Below, one piece after another: positions 26,871 through 39,900 of a DNA stretch of 64,000 nucleotides. Numbering within the stretch: the stretch's first letter is position 1; each line of letters opens with the position of its first letter. The translations under genes and the position numbers were made by a program. The notes beneath the pieces were generated by a model. That model saw nothing but the letters and a program-made list of their open reading frames with translations, made no database searches and was not told where the DNA came from. The stretch comes from Takakia lepidozioides. Taxonomy: Eukaryota; Plantae; Bryophyta. The stretch lies in assembly GCA_030704615.1 (NCBI GenBank), contig CM060733.1, forward strand, positions 25,792,001 to 25,856,000. Reading direction: 5' to 3'.

Positions 26871-29800
26871 AGGATAGAGTGTAATGACTGCTAATGAAGG
26901 TACCTTCTTCAATTTCACCTTGTTTTCCCCTCTTATCAGAATCGCCCCTAATTATTCATGTCTGAATTCTGCAAGTTAGCTGGTTGAGTGAAGCTTTGAT
27001 AGTTTGGAGTGACTTTGACATGATTCTGCCAATGTGACAACATGAAAGTATCAAAAATAGGTAACACAGACGAGGAGAAGTTGTGGAATGAATACTTTTT
27101 TGACCCCAGTCAATGGTGGGACAATCGAGGCAAGAAGGTGAATGTTTGTTGGATTATAGAGAGTAGCAGATGCAATTGAGCGTAGGAACTAGTGTGATAA
27201 GTTGAGTTGGGTACTTCCTAGAACAAGTCTAGGATGTCATCGTCAACTGCTAGCAACAAGGCAAGGTTGTATGCATGATTCGTGCGAGGCATGGATAGCT
27301 GAAGGAGCAAGGATAGAGTGTGGGTGCAGATTCACCCAAGAGGGCCGGACTTCAAGCTCCAGATTAACTATGAAGCTACAAGAAACCTGCATGGGTAGAT
27401 GGTCAACTGGCAGCAACGGCACAATTGATAAAATCAGACATTGTTAATGAAGGCATCTTCTTCAGCACATTTCACCCTATTTTTCCCTCTTATCAGAATC
27501 GGCCCAAAATTTCCATGTTGAATTCTGCAAGTTAGCTGGTTGAGTGAATCTAGTTTGGAGTGACTTTGACATGATATTGCTATGTGACAACAGGAAAGTA
27601 TCAAAAAAAAAGTAACAGACATGAGGAGAAGCTATGGAATGAATACTTTTCTGCCCCCAGTCAATGATGGGACAACCGAGGCAAAAAGGTGAATGCCTGC
27701 TACATTTCAGAGAGTAGCAGACGCAATTGAGCATAGGAACTAGTGTGATAAGCTGAGTTAGATATTTCCTAGAACAAATGTAGGTTGTCATTGTCAGCTA
27801 CTAGCAACAAGGCAAGGATGAATGCATGATTTGTACAGGGGCATGGATAGCTGAAGGAGCAGGGATAGAGTGTGGTCCAGATTCATCCTAGAGGGCCAAA
27901 TTTCAAGCACAAGATTTACCTATGATTCCCTGTGGATCAATAACTACAAGAAACCTCCATGGGTAGATGGTCTATTCCGTGGAACTCACTGAAGTCTTGC
28001 ATTATGAGGATCAGAACTGCTTGACAGCTCACTTGCACGAGGCCTTGACCCTTAGGCAATCCCCAGAGCAGCAGTAGCTTTTGGGCTGCTTTTTTACTTT
28101 GTGTTTTTCATTTTGTCCCATAAGCTCTTTGAGCTTTCCGCAGATGTAATAAAGTACCATTTTGTTTCATTTCATTCATTTTCATTTCATTTTGTTTCAT
28201 GGCATGTCTTTCATCGTTTGTGCATTTCTAATGCATGATTAGTTCTCTTGTATGGCATTACTAGTCGACTCACTACAAACACCAAAACTCCAAAGCATGA
28301 ATCACTATGAATGATTGTTCAAGTAATTTCGAGCACTTCATGTAAAGTAGTAAAGCAGTGGTTGCGCCAACTTCCGCAGTTGCAATTGCCACTTGGGCAT
28401 GTAGCACTGCAAGTTATGTGGTCTACTACCACGTGGCGCCCTAGGCCCGTGGCCACGTGGCAGCAGTGCTACTCGTTGTGGCGCCGCCACGTCGGCGTCC
28501 ACATCGTCGTCCACGTCCGCGTCCATGTGTGACCGCGCTTCGGTGAGTCGGTCCACTCATCCGGAGGGAAAAGTCAAAGTCAGCCCAAAAGGTCAGACAC
28601 ACGGGCGGCCCGCCTGGTTACGCCACGTGGTTCTTCAGCATTAATCGCATTAATCGCTAAGCAGTTGTTCGCGCGTCTGCGTCCTTTACCACTCCAATCA
28701 TTGGATGTCCAACCCAACTACCACGTCTGTTGTAACTTCCAGTCGATCCCAGTTTTTTGACTTCTACGACTCAAAATGAGTCGTTACCCCAGTGGTAAAT
28801 GACACGAATGCTTCTAGTGTCTTCATCATCTGAATATTCACATCCCTACATCCCAATAGTCATCTTGTGAGTGGACCAACAACGATGTGACACTTGTTCA
28901 TATTATGACATAAGGCACGGTGACGTTGCAGTGATGCAGTCATATTTACGTATGTATCTTATGAATATACACCCAATCAAAACACGACATTTGTAACCAT
29001 TGAAGTCATAGTTGCAGTCACTTACTTAGTCATATATGACTACATGACTACACATGACCAATGAAAACACGACATGTGCATTAATTAAAGTGATAACGGA
29101 AGTGGCGTAGTCATAGTCATGTCTGTATCTTATGACTTCTTGACTACAATCACCCAACGAAATGTCGACATGTGGAGAAGAGGATCGTCATGCAAAATTC
29201 AAACTAAAGTGCTGAAGGGAAAGTGACGATCTTACCGGAAGAGAACAACGTTGGAGAAGAGGATCCCTCCCGTGTATCATGTAATGATTCCTCACTGTTT
29301 CCAACAACAGTACTTTTCCTCCATGACACTCATCGCAGTTGCATAGCATTTTTGTATGCCCATTCCTTGTGGCATAAGCTTCTTCCATTCGCCATAGACG
29401 GTCATCTATTCTACGCCTACGCATCCGGTCGCCACCTGCATTGTACATGCTTTGAACGTCACCCCTTCCCTCTTTGCATGCTACGCACAGTGCATTGTCT
29501 CTAGTTTTGCACCAGCTGCCAATGTGCTATTTCTATATCTATAGTATACTATAAGTATCGTTTCTGAGTGTCCATGGTGAAGCGGAAGGTCTTCGAAGTG
29601 ACAGTCCCTCTCACTGAGTACGAGAAGTTCCGAGAGCGCCGGATTGCTGCCATAAAGGAGGTGGAAGCAACGTTCAAGCAGTCGATAGATGGGTGAGTTT
29701 AGTTCCTGACTTTGAATACCCACCCACTAAACTTGCGATTCGCCTTATCCTCTTACCTTCCTACAGCGATATAAGCTCCATAGCACAAATGGGGGCGAGT

Positions 29801-29934
29801 AGCTGCGACTTGTACAAACAGAGAGGCAAACAACATGCAGTGAGTGACGATTAGGTTTGAGGAGGGTGTGTCATTAGGCGGGAGGTGTCCGCCGTCATTC
29901 GTTGGCAGCCATTACGTCCTGGTAGGGTGCGGCT

Positions 29935-32900
29935 GTGGTTCAACGTAGGCTTAAGAGTATTAGGGATTGTATGCTTGCATTTGTTTGTGATTGTTTGAGA
30001 GGGAGGTCATGGAGGTGTTTGTGCAGGCTTGCGGGAGCGAATCGCCCTCGCAAGTCACGCGCTCTGAAGGAAAAAGCTAGGGATCAAGGTCCTGCAAGGC
30101 AAAGTGCCAGACTGAAGACGATGAAGACTACGATTCTGCATGAGGGCTCTTCTGAGGGCGATGAGGACGATCACCTTCTCCGTCTGTGAGTTATAGTTCT
30201 TCACAATGACCATGATTCAAATTATGTATGTTTTTGGTAAAATCACGAAGAGATAGGGTATGGTAAGATCATGAAGAGATAGGGTATGTCTGTGAAGACA
30301 GGGAAGTTGGACAATGCAGGGGTCAGCCAAGGCACAATCACAAATGATTTCCACTAGACAAGTTGAAGTGCCAAAGACATGATGTCAGGCCAATGTAGAC
30401 TTCAGGTGTGTTCAAATTCTTTGCCCCATGAAACCAACGTCCTGGTACTAAGCTACAATGGCTACTTATAGAGATACTTGGGTTACTTATGCACCCAGAA
30501 TATCAGTAAAACTTGGAGGGATACTTCTCATGGACCCATCAGGTTTGTCCATTTGAATTCTCACCCAATACCTAAGAGGGCTAAAAAATGTACTAGGAGG
30601 ACATCATTGGGGCCAATCAAATTTGGGAGATTTACTGCCCAAGATCATACTGAGTTTTGGGTAATCTTGTCTTTACAAATGATATGTGCTTCCAGTTTGT
30701 TATATTGAATTCAAGGATTTGTTGCTTGCTGCCTATATGTATGTGTAATCACCCACATTGTACTGGGGGAATTTCTTTTCAGGGCAAGCACAAGCGCACT
30801 GGATCCACGATCCCTGCTGCTAGCAATGGAGATGGCGCCCACAAGAACGCAGGAGGTGGCCCTAACTCTCCCATCGTTGTGGGTTCTGTGCCACCAGTAC
30901 CCCCACCTTATTATGGTATGCCTCAGTACCCACAGTCTGGCACTCAGTATGGTCAGGGTCAATATGGTGCACCTCCATATGGGCAGTATGGCCAGTATCC
31001 TCCTCCACCATTTGCCACCCCCTAATAGCTATGGGGGTGGCAGGCCACCGGAATATCCTCCTGCTTATGGACAGTATGGCCAGTATGGTCCTCGGCCTTC
31101 TGGCCAACAGCCATGGCCACCAGTCCCTACTTGGCAAGATCCTGCTTTGAATTCTCCTGAGGGCACGGAGGTCTCTGAAGGAGGGGAGGGTGTCGTTTCA
31201 AAGAATGATAGAACCAATGCTTTAAGGAGGGCTAATAGCTCAGCCAAAATTGAAGCTGCCAAGGTGAAGGAAGAGAGAATAGCTGCAGGTCTTCCTCCCA
31301 CGGTGATTTTTTGAGGTCAGACCCGGAATGTATGGCACGCTGCCCTTAAAGGATAGGCTTATCGCAAGCTAGATTGATCCCTTGCCATCAACAACCAACC
31401 TGATGAAGTTGTATACGAAATCAGAGATCACCTGGCTAAGCTATTTTCATATACGCCACACAAGTTAAAAGACTTCCACCTAAAACAAACAATTGGCAGA
31501 ATAATGAAGAGCCAGCGTTATGAAGCACATATTGCATGGTTGGGTGGTAAGGGGAAACCCATTACTGTATCTGACGAGGTATGGAACAAGCTTGTAAGTT
31601 ACTGGCAGACAGAGGTGTTCCACAAAGTGTCGGACAACATGAAGAAGGCAAATGGTGCAATTCAGAATCCTACCAAGACTGGCCATGGTGGGAAGGCAAT
31701 GGTGGAAGCACGCTTGGTAAGTGGCATCATCACGACTCTGTATTTTGTTCCTCATTGAATTGCTATGTGTATATAGTCAGCCCTCACATTGCTTACTGAC
31801 TTGTGGCATGGGTTTGTTTGTGGCATGGATTAATTTGTAGGAAACACTATCAGGGTGCCCTCCTACATTATATGAAATTCAAGAGGGTTCAGTGTCACGG
31901 TTGTCAGCTGGGAGTGACAGGCGGGTAAGTGTGTTTTCCACGTTTGCTAGAGTGGTTGCTGCATCATAGGTTGCTAGGGTTTTTTTCACGGCTTTTGGCC
32001 TGGGTTTTCTTTCCAATGGTTGTTCATGCTAGGTTTTTTTGGTTTGATTCATACTTGGGCAAGTTTTCATGGATTGGCAGGAGGGAAGTCTCGCATATTC
32101 TACAGTAGTTGGCAGGATGGATGGCTTGGACAAACTGGTGGAATCACAAGGACGTGACATGGCAGAATTAAAATTACAGATGTAGAGTATGATTGAGTAC
32201 CAGAAAGCCATTGTGACCAGATTGGGGATTAATCTACCAGGCGCAGGACCAGTGACATCTACGATGGATACGTCTGCTGTGACAGTATCAAAATGTTTGG
32301 AATCCCAATTTCAGACGGTAACTGGTGCTCACTCTAAGCCCTTATGTCTTCCTGTCACTGATGATCTTTTGAATTTGACCGAGCAGCAGCAGGATACAAG
32401 GAAGGCCAGCTGTGAGGTACACGTGGAAATTCAGCCCTTGCCACGTACAAAGGGAGTAGCAGTCCAGGGGGCAATGGTGACAGAGCCGCCGGGCACACCA
32501 GATTGTGGTATGCAGGTATGTGGGAGTTTAAATGGGGAGGAAGATGCAGACGGGGACAAAACAAACAAGCAGGTTGCTTTAATTTCTCTTGCTCACATGT
32601 TGAAGCCAAATGTCAGTTTACTTCCTGGACCAACGAGGAAGCATTTAGTAATTTTGGACTTAAATGGTCTGTTATGTGAATCTTTTCATTCTGCTAATGG
32701 GCCTGCATCCCTTCCCAAAGGTTTTGTGGGGAAGATGTGTGGCAAGAAGATAGTAGTTTTGAGACTACGCTGTTATGACTTTTTGCAAAAGTGTTTTGAA
32801 CACTTTGAGGTGGCGGTGTGGTCTTGTTGCCAAGCTCGCAACTTCTTCCCAATGGTGGACTATATTTTTGCAGCCCACACTAACCTGGTTTTCCAGTGGG

Positions 32901-34009
32901 ATGCCCTTCACTGTGACAAGGATCCAGTCCTCCCATGCCGTAAGGGGTCTGATTCAAAGCCATTATATTTCAAGAACTTGTCTACAGTGTGGGCAGACTG
33001 GCCAGAATGGACTTATGAGGACACTATTCTTGTTGACGACACACCAAGAAAGGCGGCAAACAATCCTCCCTTCAGTGGGATTTTTCCATAGCCATGGAAG
33101 GTGCAACCAGATTCACCAACTGATGAGTATCTAATGGAGGTGTTGTGGCCTTTCTTGTGGAAGGCATCGAAAGCTGCCAGTATTCCCAAGTTTTTGGAGT
33201 CTCAACCTGTTTTCGGACAACAACCATACAACACTGCTACTGTGAAGGTACAAACATTCTGACAGTGCTCCAGAGGCTACAATTTTGTGGGTTCATTCAT
33301 TGCATTGCTTTCCTGGATGCTTCTCCTCGGTTGCTTGATTAATGCTAGGTTTTCTTTGCAGCTTTTCATGTTGGCTTTTTTTATTTGATTCATACTTGGA
33401 TTTTGTTTCTATTCACTATTCATGTTTGCTCATTGCTTTCCTAGTTGTTCTCTGGTCTGTGACACAGGAACTTGTGACAAACAAAGGTGATATTGTCGAC
33501 AAGCCGGTACAGACGAGGGGCAAGAGTGTCGACCCGGCGAGTAGCCCCCCAAAAGAGGTCTCACCACCACTGGAGACTGCAAATGGAGTAAGTCCAGGCC
33601 GTTGTCTTGTTTGTTTTATTTTTTCCAACCTTGGGGCTCTCTTTAATTCGCAAATGTTGAGTGTCCTAGTCGTGTGTATGTCATGGGTTTTCACATCGTG
33701 TTCTTTTTTGTGTGGAGTTGATCATAGTTCAGGGTGGGTGACGAGGTTCGGCTGTTGGATGTGAACTCCAAACGCAAGAAATGTGGAGTAGGGCTGATTG
33801 TTGCTCTTCAAGGTGCTGTGGTGGGTTACGGGTACCCTGTTGTGCCCCTTGATTATGCCTGTGTGTACATCAAAGAGGCATGTGTCAGTAACACCCCTCT
33901 ACCATATGTGAATGGTGTTAGGAAACAGACCGAGTTGGGGCAGGTGGTTGGCCAGACAACACTTTGGAGTCTAAAGTTACTGAAACTTATGGAGCTGTGG
34001 AAGGGATAG
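29935..34009 (+). pseudogene. CACTA TnpA-like multi-exon gene with an embedded FCP1/NIF-like HAD phosphatase domain
   Basis: Ptta/Transposase_24-like WNKLVSYW..NMKKAN..TGHGG (31504-31717). NIF-like LVILDLNGLL..FEVAVWS..TILVDDTP (about 32640-33090). C-terminal Tnp1-like VGDEVRLL..LPY..LGQVVGQTTLW (33734-34009). In-frame stops. The 5' boundary is approximate. Confidence 0.75.
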
Positions 34010-34477
34010 TCAGTATTGCACTGTTTAACAGAGTTCTTGATTCTAATAGCACTAAAACATACTAGCTACAACAATTCAGCCCATGTGTGGGCTTGCTTGT
34101 TTTTGGTTGGGCCTTTTGAGGCATGGATTTTTTGACCTTGTGGCTTTTGAGATGTCCATTGGGACATTGGTCTAATTTGGATTTTTGTAATGTGATTTAT
34201 AGGGCTTGTATTGCCCTGTAGTTTACTATTTTCATTCTCCTTGTGGTTGATAGTATGCAGGAGGGATCCATTCTGTTTTCATGTTGGAATTTCACCATGT
34301 AATGAAGATTTTAAATCATTTAATTCACTTTCATTTTAAATAATAATATTAAAAATAATACCATTTAAAAAAAATTCAAGGCTGCAATCTCCCTGTTCTT
34401 TTAAATATTAAATAAAAACTAAAAAATAAAATATGAACATTAAAAATATAAACTATTTCGGAAAACAATCTTGATGA

Positions 34478-35186
34478 CACGTGTCATAACTCTTGCTCAA
34501 ACCAGAACACGTGGCAGTATATGACAAGACATTCTTTATCCATATTTTCACCACGTGTAAAGATCCGTAGTCATATATGCTAGTCATATATTTTGTCTGT
34601 GTGCCACATGTCACATCTCAAGTGCAACAGATGTCCCGCTAACAACTCTCCATGTAGACATCCCTGTAGTCATATGAGCGAGTCATGTAGTCACCACGTG
34701 TGAAATCTGCCATAGCACACGTGTCCCGCTAGCGCCTCTCCATGTAGGCATCACTGTGCAGACATGTAGTCATATGATCATGGCAAGAAGTCCTGACATG
34801 TCAAATTCGCAGTGGCGCACGTGTCCATCCGTTGCCTCTCCATGTAGACATCACTTTGCAGACATATAGTCATATGATCCCCTGACGAATGCATGACGTG
34901 TCGCTTGCGTAGTGGCGCACGTGTCCCGCTGAAGCCTCTCCATGTAGGCAGCGCTCAACAGACAATGTAGTCATATACTAGTCATATAGTTGTGACTGCA
35001 ATCCTCTCTGCAGCAGGACTCCAGGTGCCACGCAAGCAGTCACGGATATGACTTGCAAAACGCAGTCCTAAAGACTAGTCGCTATGACAGGGCTTTTTTC
35101 ACTACAGAGTGATGTAGTCATGAACGCATATAAGACTGAAAAAATAGTCATATGTGAAGTCATAAAAACGCTCATCTGTTGTAGTG
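34478..35186. repeat. CACTA right subterminal repeats (CACGTGTC, GTAGTCAT, CTCCATGTAG)
   Basis: Multiple direct and inverted copies next to the TIR. Confidence 0.85.
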
Positions 35187-36934
35187 TATGCAAGAATCAA
35201 GAGTAATCTGAGCAATGACTGGGCCAGACACGATGATCGGAGACTTAGCAGCAGTGCCCTGTAACCTCTTCATCTCTTCCACCAGACCATTGTACATTAA
35301 CTCTGCCCAAGCTACATCTTCTCCTCGCAAGGCTTTCAGTATCTCCTCTGTGAATGACCTGCTCAAATACTGTTAGTTCTGTTTCATGGCAAACGAAACG
35401 TTCAGTATTTGGCCAACATCTCTGAGCCCTGGGTACTTGGCTTTGGTGCAAGCGTAACCTTGAGTCTTAAAGAAACTCCCTTCTTGGAACAAATTCCCTA
35501 TCTGCAATCTTGCCCTGTGCTCATCTATATCCACATGACCCGATGGCAATTCGGACAATTGCTGCAGGTACTGGGGAGTAATTTCTATATCTACTCCCCT
35601 CACCTGGGTTACTCCCGTCCTAGGCTCAAAGTTCTAAAGAAATTGAAGCATATACTGCCGATGATGCAAGAACCAGTCCTTGCGTAGCAGCCCCTCCAAT
35701 CGCAACTCCCTCAGCAGCTGCACTGCCTGCGGTGTAGCAATTGTTTGCTTCTGCAGTATCGTGGTGCTCTTCACCCCTCTATTCCCCTCACTCTCTTCAT
35801 TCTAGACAAACAAAAAGGCCTTGTTTGAAACAGCTAAAGAAAAGCTTTCAGGGCACAGAACATAAAGGTATGGTTGGCACAAAATGGAACAGGTAAGAGC
35901 GTGTAAGCCTGTGGGGCTTGCAAGTATCGAGTGAGAGAGAATGTACTCTCAATTCGTTCGTCCTTGCGCCACTGCATGAGTAGTAAAGCGAGCGTGTAAT
36001 CCGTTATATCCACCATAGCTACAAAGCTATAACTTTGATTGCCCCTCCCGTCGAGACACGGGCTATTCGGAGCCACCCCGACTCTTCCGCTCATAACTCT
36101 TCCGATTTCTTGTTCTTGTTTCTTGGATGGAACCACCTGCATGAAATTCTTGCTCCTGATTGGTTGTTGCCTGCATAGGTAACTTTTTAATTCTACCCCC
36201 CTCCGTGGACATTCCCACCTGGAATGTCCAGTATGACAGCACATGTGGTAAAAATCCCTCTTTTCTGTACTCGGAAAGGGTTCCGTTACCCCTGCCCCGA
36301 ATGCATTAATGGGCCCACAAATAGTTTTGGCTGATGTACCGGGTAGGTACTTTGATGGCCCGATTTGTTCTCTTGCATGATGATACCCAATTCTGCAATT
36401 TATGCACAGCGGTGTGCTTCGCCCTAGTGACCACGTGTTCGTTTTTAGACATGCCTCCGACTTCCCCTGTTTGCGTGGCACATTCTCCGAATTTGCCTTC
36501 CAAACTTCTCTTTCACTTAACGGCCACTTTTCTGACGTTAACCCGCGTCCACATGTCACTAACCGTATGGACTGTGTAACCCGCATGGGCTGGGTTGGAC
36601 TGTGACAGGCTGTGTCTAACTGTGGTGGACTGTGATAGGATGTGTGACACTGTGATGGGCTGTGATAGGCTGTGTGATGCTGTGGTGGGCTGTGATAACT
36701 GTGCGAACACCCGTGTTCTCCGCTCAGGTCAAACACATTCGGCTTTACGACAAGTGCTTCATGCTCCGTTGGTATTACCGGTGCAGCCCGTGACTGTGTC
36801 TGTGTTTCAATATACAAATCGTGTTGCAATGGTTTGTCGTGGATACCACTGTATCCTTTCAACCTATTAGCATTGACTCTTCCCAGCATCTCTTTGTTAA
36901 TGGTTTGTAACATGGCGATGTTGTTATCATACAT
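35187..36934 (-). pseudogene. Element A integrase C-terminus running into the accessory ORF N-terminal part
   Basis: ORF 35834-36934 starts in the integrase GPY/F tail and continues into the homolog of 43929-46271. Confidence 0.82.
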
Positions 36935-39900
36935 CTTCTGTATGACATAAGGTCATTTCCATGGTGATTTAAGCTTAGAAGCCTAAATCTTCCCCTTCTT
37001 CTGCAACCAAAGAACCAAATCAGTTTACCTTCATCAAATTGATCCTTCTTCTTAATCTGAATTCTGGTCATGTTATCTGCTGCATCAGCACGTACTTCTT
37101 CCACATGATATAATTCATGTTTCCTGACCTTAATTGAATCTTCCAATTCCATTCTCCTTCCCCATTCCGTTCTCATGGTAGGTAACAAGAACTCCATTGG
37201 AAGTAAAGCTTCCATACCATAAACTAATTGGAATGGTGTATACTTAGTGATGACTTTATATGAAGTCCTGTATGACCACAAAGCCGTCAACAGCTTTGTA
37301 TCCCAATCTGTTCTGTTTGCATTGATTATCTTAGCCAAGATAGTACATAGTATTTTGTTGGTAGCCTCTGCCTGCCCATTACCCTGTGGGTAATAAGTTG
37401 TACTCTTCCTATGCACAATCATGAACTCTTTAGTCAATAGTTCTATGGTCTCATTAATGAAGTGACTTCCCTGGTCACTGATAAATTCCAAGGGACAGCC
37501 AAATCTTGTAAGTATGTTCTCATACAGGAACCTTGTTGTGGACTTAGCTGTGTTGTCCCTCAGAGCTTTAGCTTCCACCCACTTTGTAGTATAATCAGTG
37601 GCTGTGATTATATACTTGTTCTGTGTATTCTTGGCTGGTGGGTTAATTGGACCAACAAAGTCTAGTCCCATTTCTGAAATGGTTCCGTAAGCATTGTAGG
37701 ATGCCAAGCCATCTTCCCAGATCTCTGCAATGGTCCTAGCCTCTGACACTCATCACAACTCTTACAATACTTGTGTACATCCTTGAACAAAGTAGGCCAC
37801 CAGTAATCTGCAAGTAGTATCTTTCTACTGGTAGTCTCTTCTCCAAAATGACCTCCAGCCACTCCTTTATGAACTTCCTCCAAAACTTTATTTACTTCAT
37901 GGTGGTACAAGCATCGTTTAAGTACTCCATCAGGTCCTAGCTTATACATTCTGCTCCCTACCATAGTATAAGGTAAAGCCTTGATAGCGATTCTCTTCCT
38001 CTGCTCCTTACCATAACTAGGTGGGCACTGACCATGAGTAAGGTAGTATCTGATTGGCCACTGCCAATCTAACTAGTCATTTGCACTTCCCTACACCTCC
38101 ACTGCAAACAAACTCGCATCAGATAGTTGGTCGTCTACTCCTGTAGCGGGCTCTCCTGTTGATAGGCCTGACAAGTGATCTGCCACAAGATGCAAACGGC
38201 CAGGCTTGTAAACAACTTCGAACTCAAACTCGTGCAAGATTATTAACCACCTTGCTATCCTTCCACTTATCAAAGGCTTGTTCACCAAATAAATCAGAGC
38301 CTGATGATCCACATAAAACATAAACTTCCTTCCCAATAGGTAATGTCTGAATTTCTTGACTACATAAATCATTGCCAGTGCTTCTCTTTCAGTTGTGCTA
38401 TAGTTCCTTTTAGCACTGTTCATCAACCTGCTAGCATAGCACACAGGTGAATCTATGTTTCCTGTAACATTTTGGGCTAACACTGCTCCCAATGCTTCTC
38501 CTGAGGCATCACAGTGAACATGAAATATTACATGCCAGTGAGGGTTAATCAGCACAGGTGTAGTTGTTACTGACAATGTAAGTTCCTCAAAAGCCTGTTG
38601 ACATTCAGCTGTCCATGCAAACACTGCATCTTTCTTCAGAAGCTTGCTCAATGGTGCTGCTATCTGTGCATACCGTCTAACAAATCTTCTGTAATAACTG
38701 GTTTGTCCAAGGAATCTCCTTAGACTCTTAACATTTACTGGTGGTGGAGAGGCTTAATGGCCTCTGTCTTTCTGGGATCCACAAGAAGTCCCCTCTTACA
38801 CACAATGTGTCCCAAAAGCACCCCTGAGTTCACACAGAAAGTACACTTCTCTGGGTTCAGGCCCAGACCTCTCATCCTGCATCTGGCCAAACATAACTCC
38901 AATTTATGCAAGTGCTCATTCTTAGAGCTGTACACACTGAAATCATCCAAGAACACCTCCATGAAATCATCCAGATACTCATGAAAAGATTCACTTATCA
39001 CTCTCTGAAAGGTTGCTGGTGCATTACAAAGTCCAAAAGGCATGACTTTGTATGCATAAACACCCCAGTCTGTGATGAAAGCTGTCTTTCCCTGATCTTC
39101 TTCTGCCACTTGCACTTGATTATAACCACTGAAGCCATTCATGAATGAGTACATCTCATGGCCTGCCACAGTGTCCAATACCGCTTCTGTGAATGACAAA
39201 GGGAAAGGATATTTCTTCGTACAAGCATTCAACTTCTTATAGTTCATACAAACTCTCAGTTTACCATTCTTCTTGGGAACTATCACAATGGGTGACAACC
39301 AAGTTGTATACTCTATCGGGTATATAAACTTAGCCTCAGCCAACTTCTTGATCTCTTCCCCAACCTTCTGTGCATAGTTGGGATTCATTTTGTACCTTGC
39401 CTGTTTGATTGGTACTGACCCTGGTTCCAGTTCAATCTTATGCTGACAGATCTCAGGTGGTATCCTTTTCAGATCCTCGTAGCTCCAAGGAAATACATCT
39501 CTGTATTTGATGAACAGACTCTTAGCTTCCTCAAAGAATTCTGGCTCCAAATCAGCCCCTACCTTCACCATCCTCGGTTCCTCTTCAATTCCCACATTCA
39601 CTTCTTTCACCTACTCATCAGCTGTGATTGTCCAACCAGTCACCACTTCATCCTGTAAACTCACAGTGGCTAGTTCCTCTAGGATTTCCATTTCTCCCTC
39701 TCTTTCTTCATAGAAATGTGGTGGGTAATTGCTTGTTTCACCCTCAATTGGTGTTGCTGTCACTATACCACAGCAGATACCTTTTAAACAACTTAGGCCT
39801 TCTAGTTGCATCTCTGCAACCTGCTCCCACTCTGGGTGTGCAGCGAACAGGGTAGCTTCATGCTCCTCATCAAGTCCTCCCCTCCAATCATACTCCCTAA

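Larger units (their letters stand above)
22414..28819. mobile_element. Non-autonomous Pack-CACTA carrying PPR and other gene fragments, nested in transposase exon 2
   Basis: Inverted termini ACTAGAAGCATTCGTGTC (22416) and GACACGAATGCTTCTAGTG (28801-28819, reverse complement CACTAG..). TSD TCT (22411-22413, 28820-28822). Excision restores the frame YSDDED|EGPAAQREP. Left terminus is imperfect. Confidence 0.85.
18900..29448 (-). pseudogene. CACTA TnpD-like transposase (transposase-associated zinc domain, Transposase_21, DUF4218/DUF4216-type regions), disrupted
   Basis: Exon 1 29448-29236 (CNCDEC..VRNHY..HG). Exon 2 starts at 28845 and resumes at 22410 after the insertion. Motifs HACERGCVLF, LALDGVNPY, IHDYPAY, FDAMHCEKN, MKSHDYHVL, WMYHMER. 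Intron 20972-20872. Several stops and frameshifts. Confidence 0.93.
16269..35186. mobile_element. CACTA (En/Spm) transposon, 18.9 kb
   Basis: TIRs CACTACAAGATATGAGCGTTTTTAGGACT and (reverse complement) CACTACAACAGATGAGCGTTTTTATGACT; 3-bp TSD TAT (16266-16268, 35187-35189); ATGACTAC/GTAGTCAT subterminal repeats. The retroelement ORF resumes across it. Confidence 0.96.
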
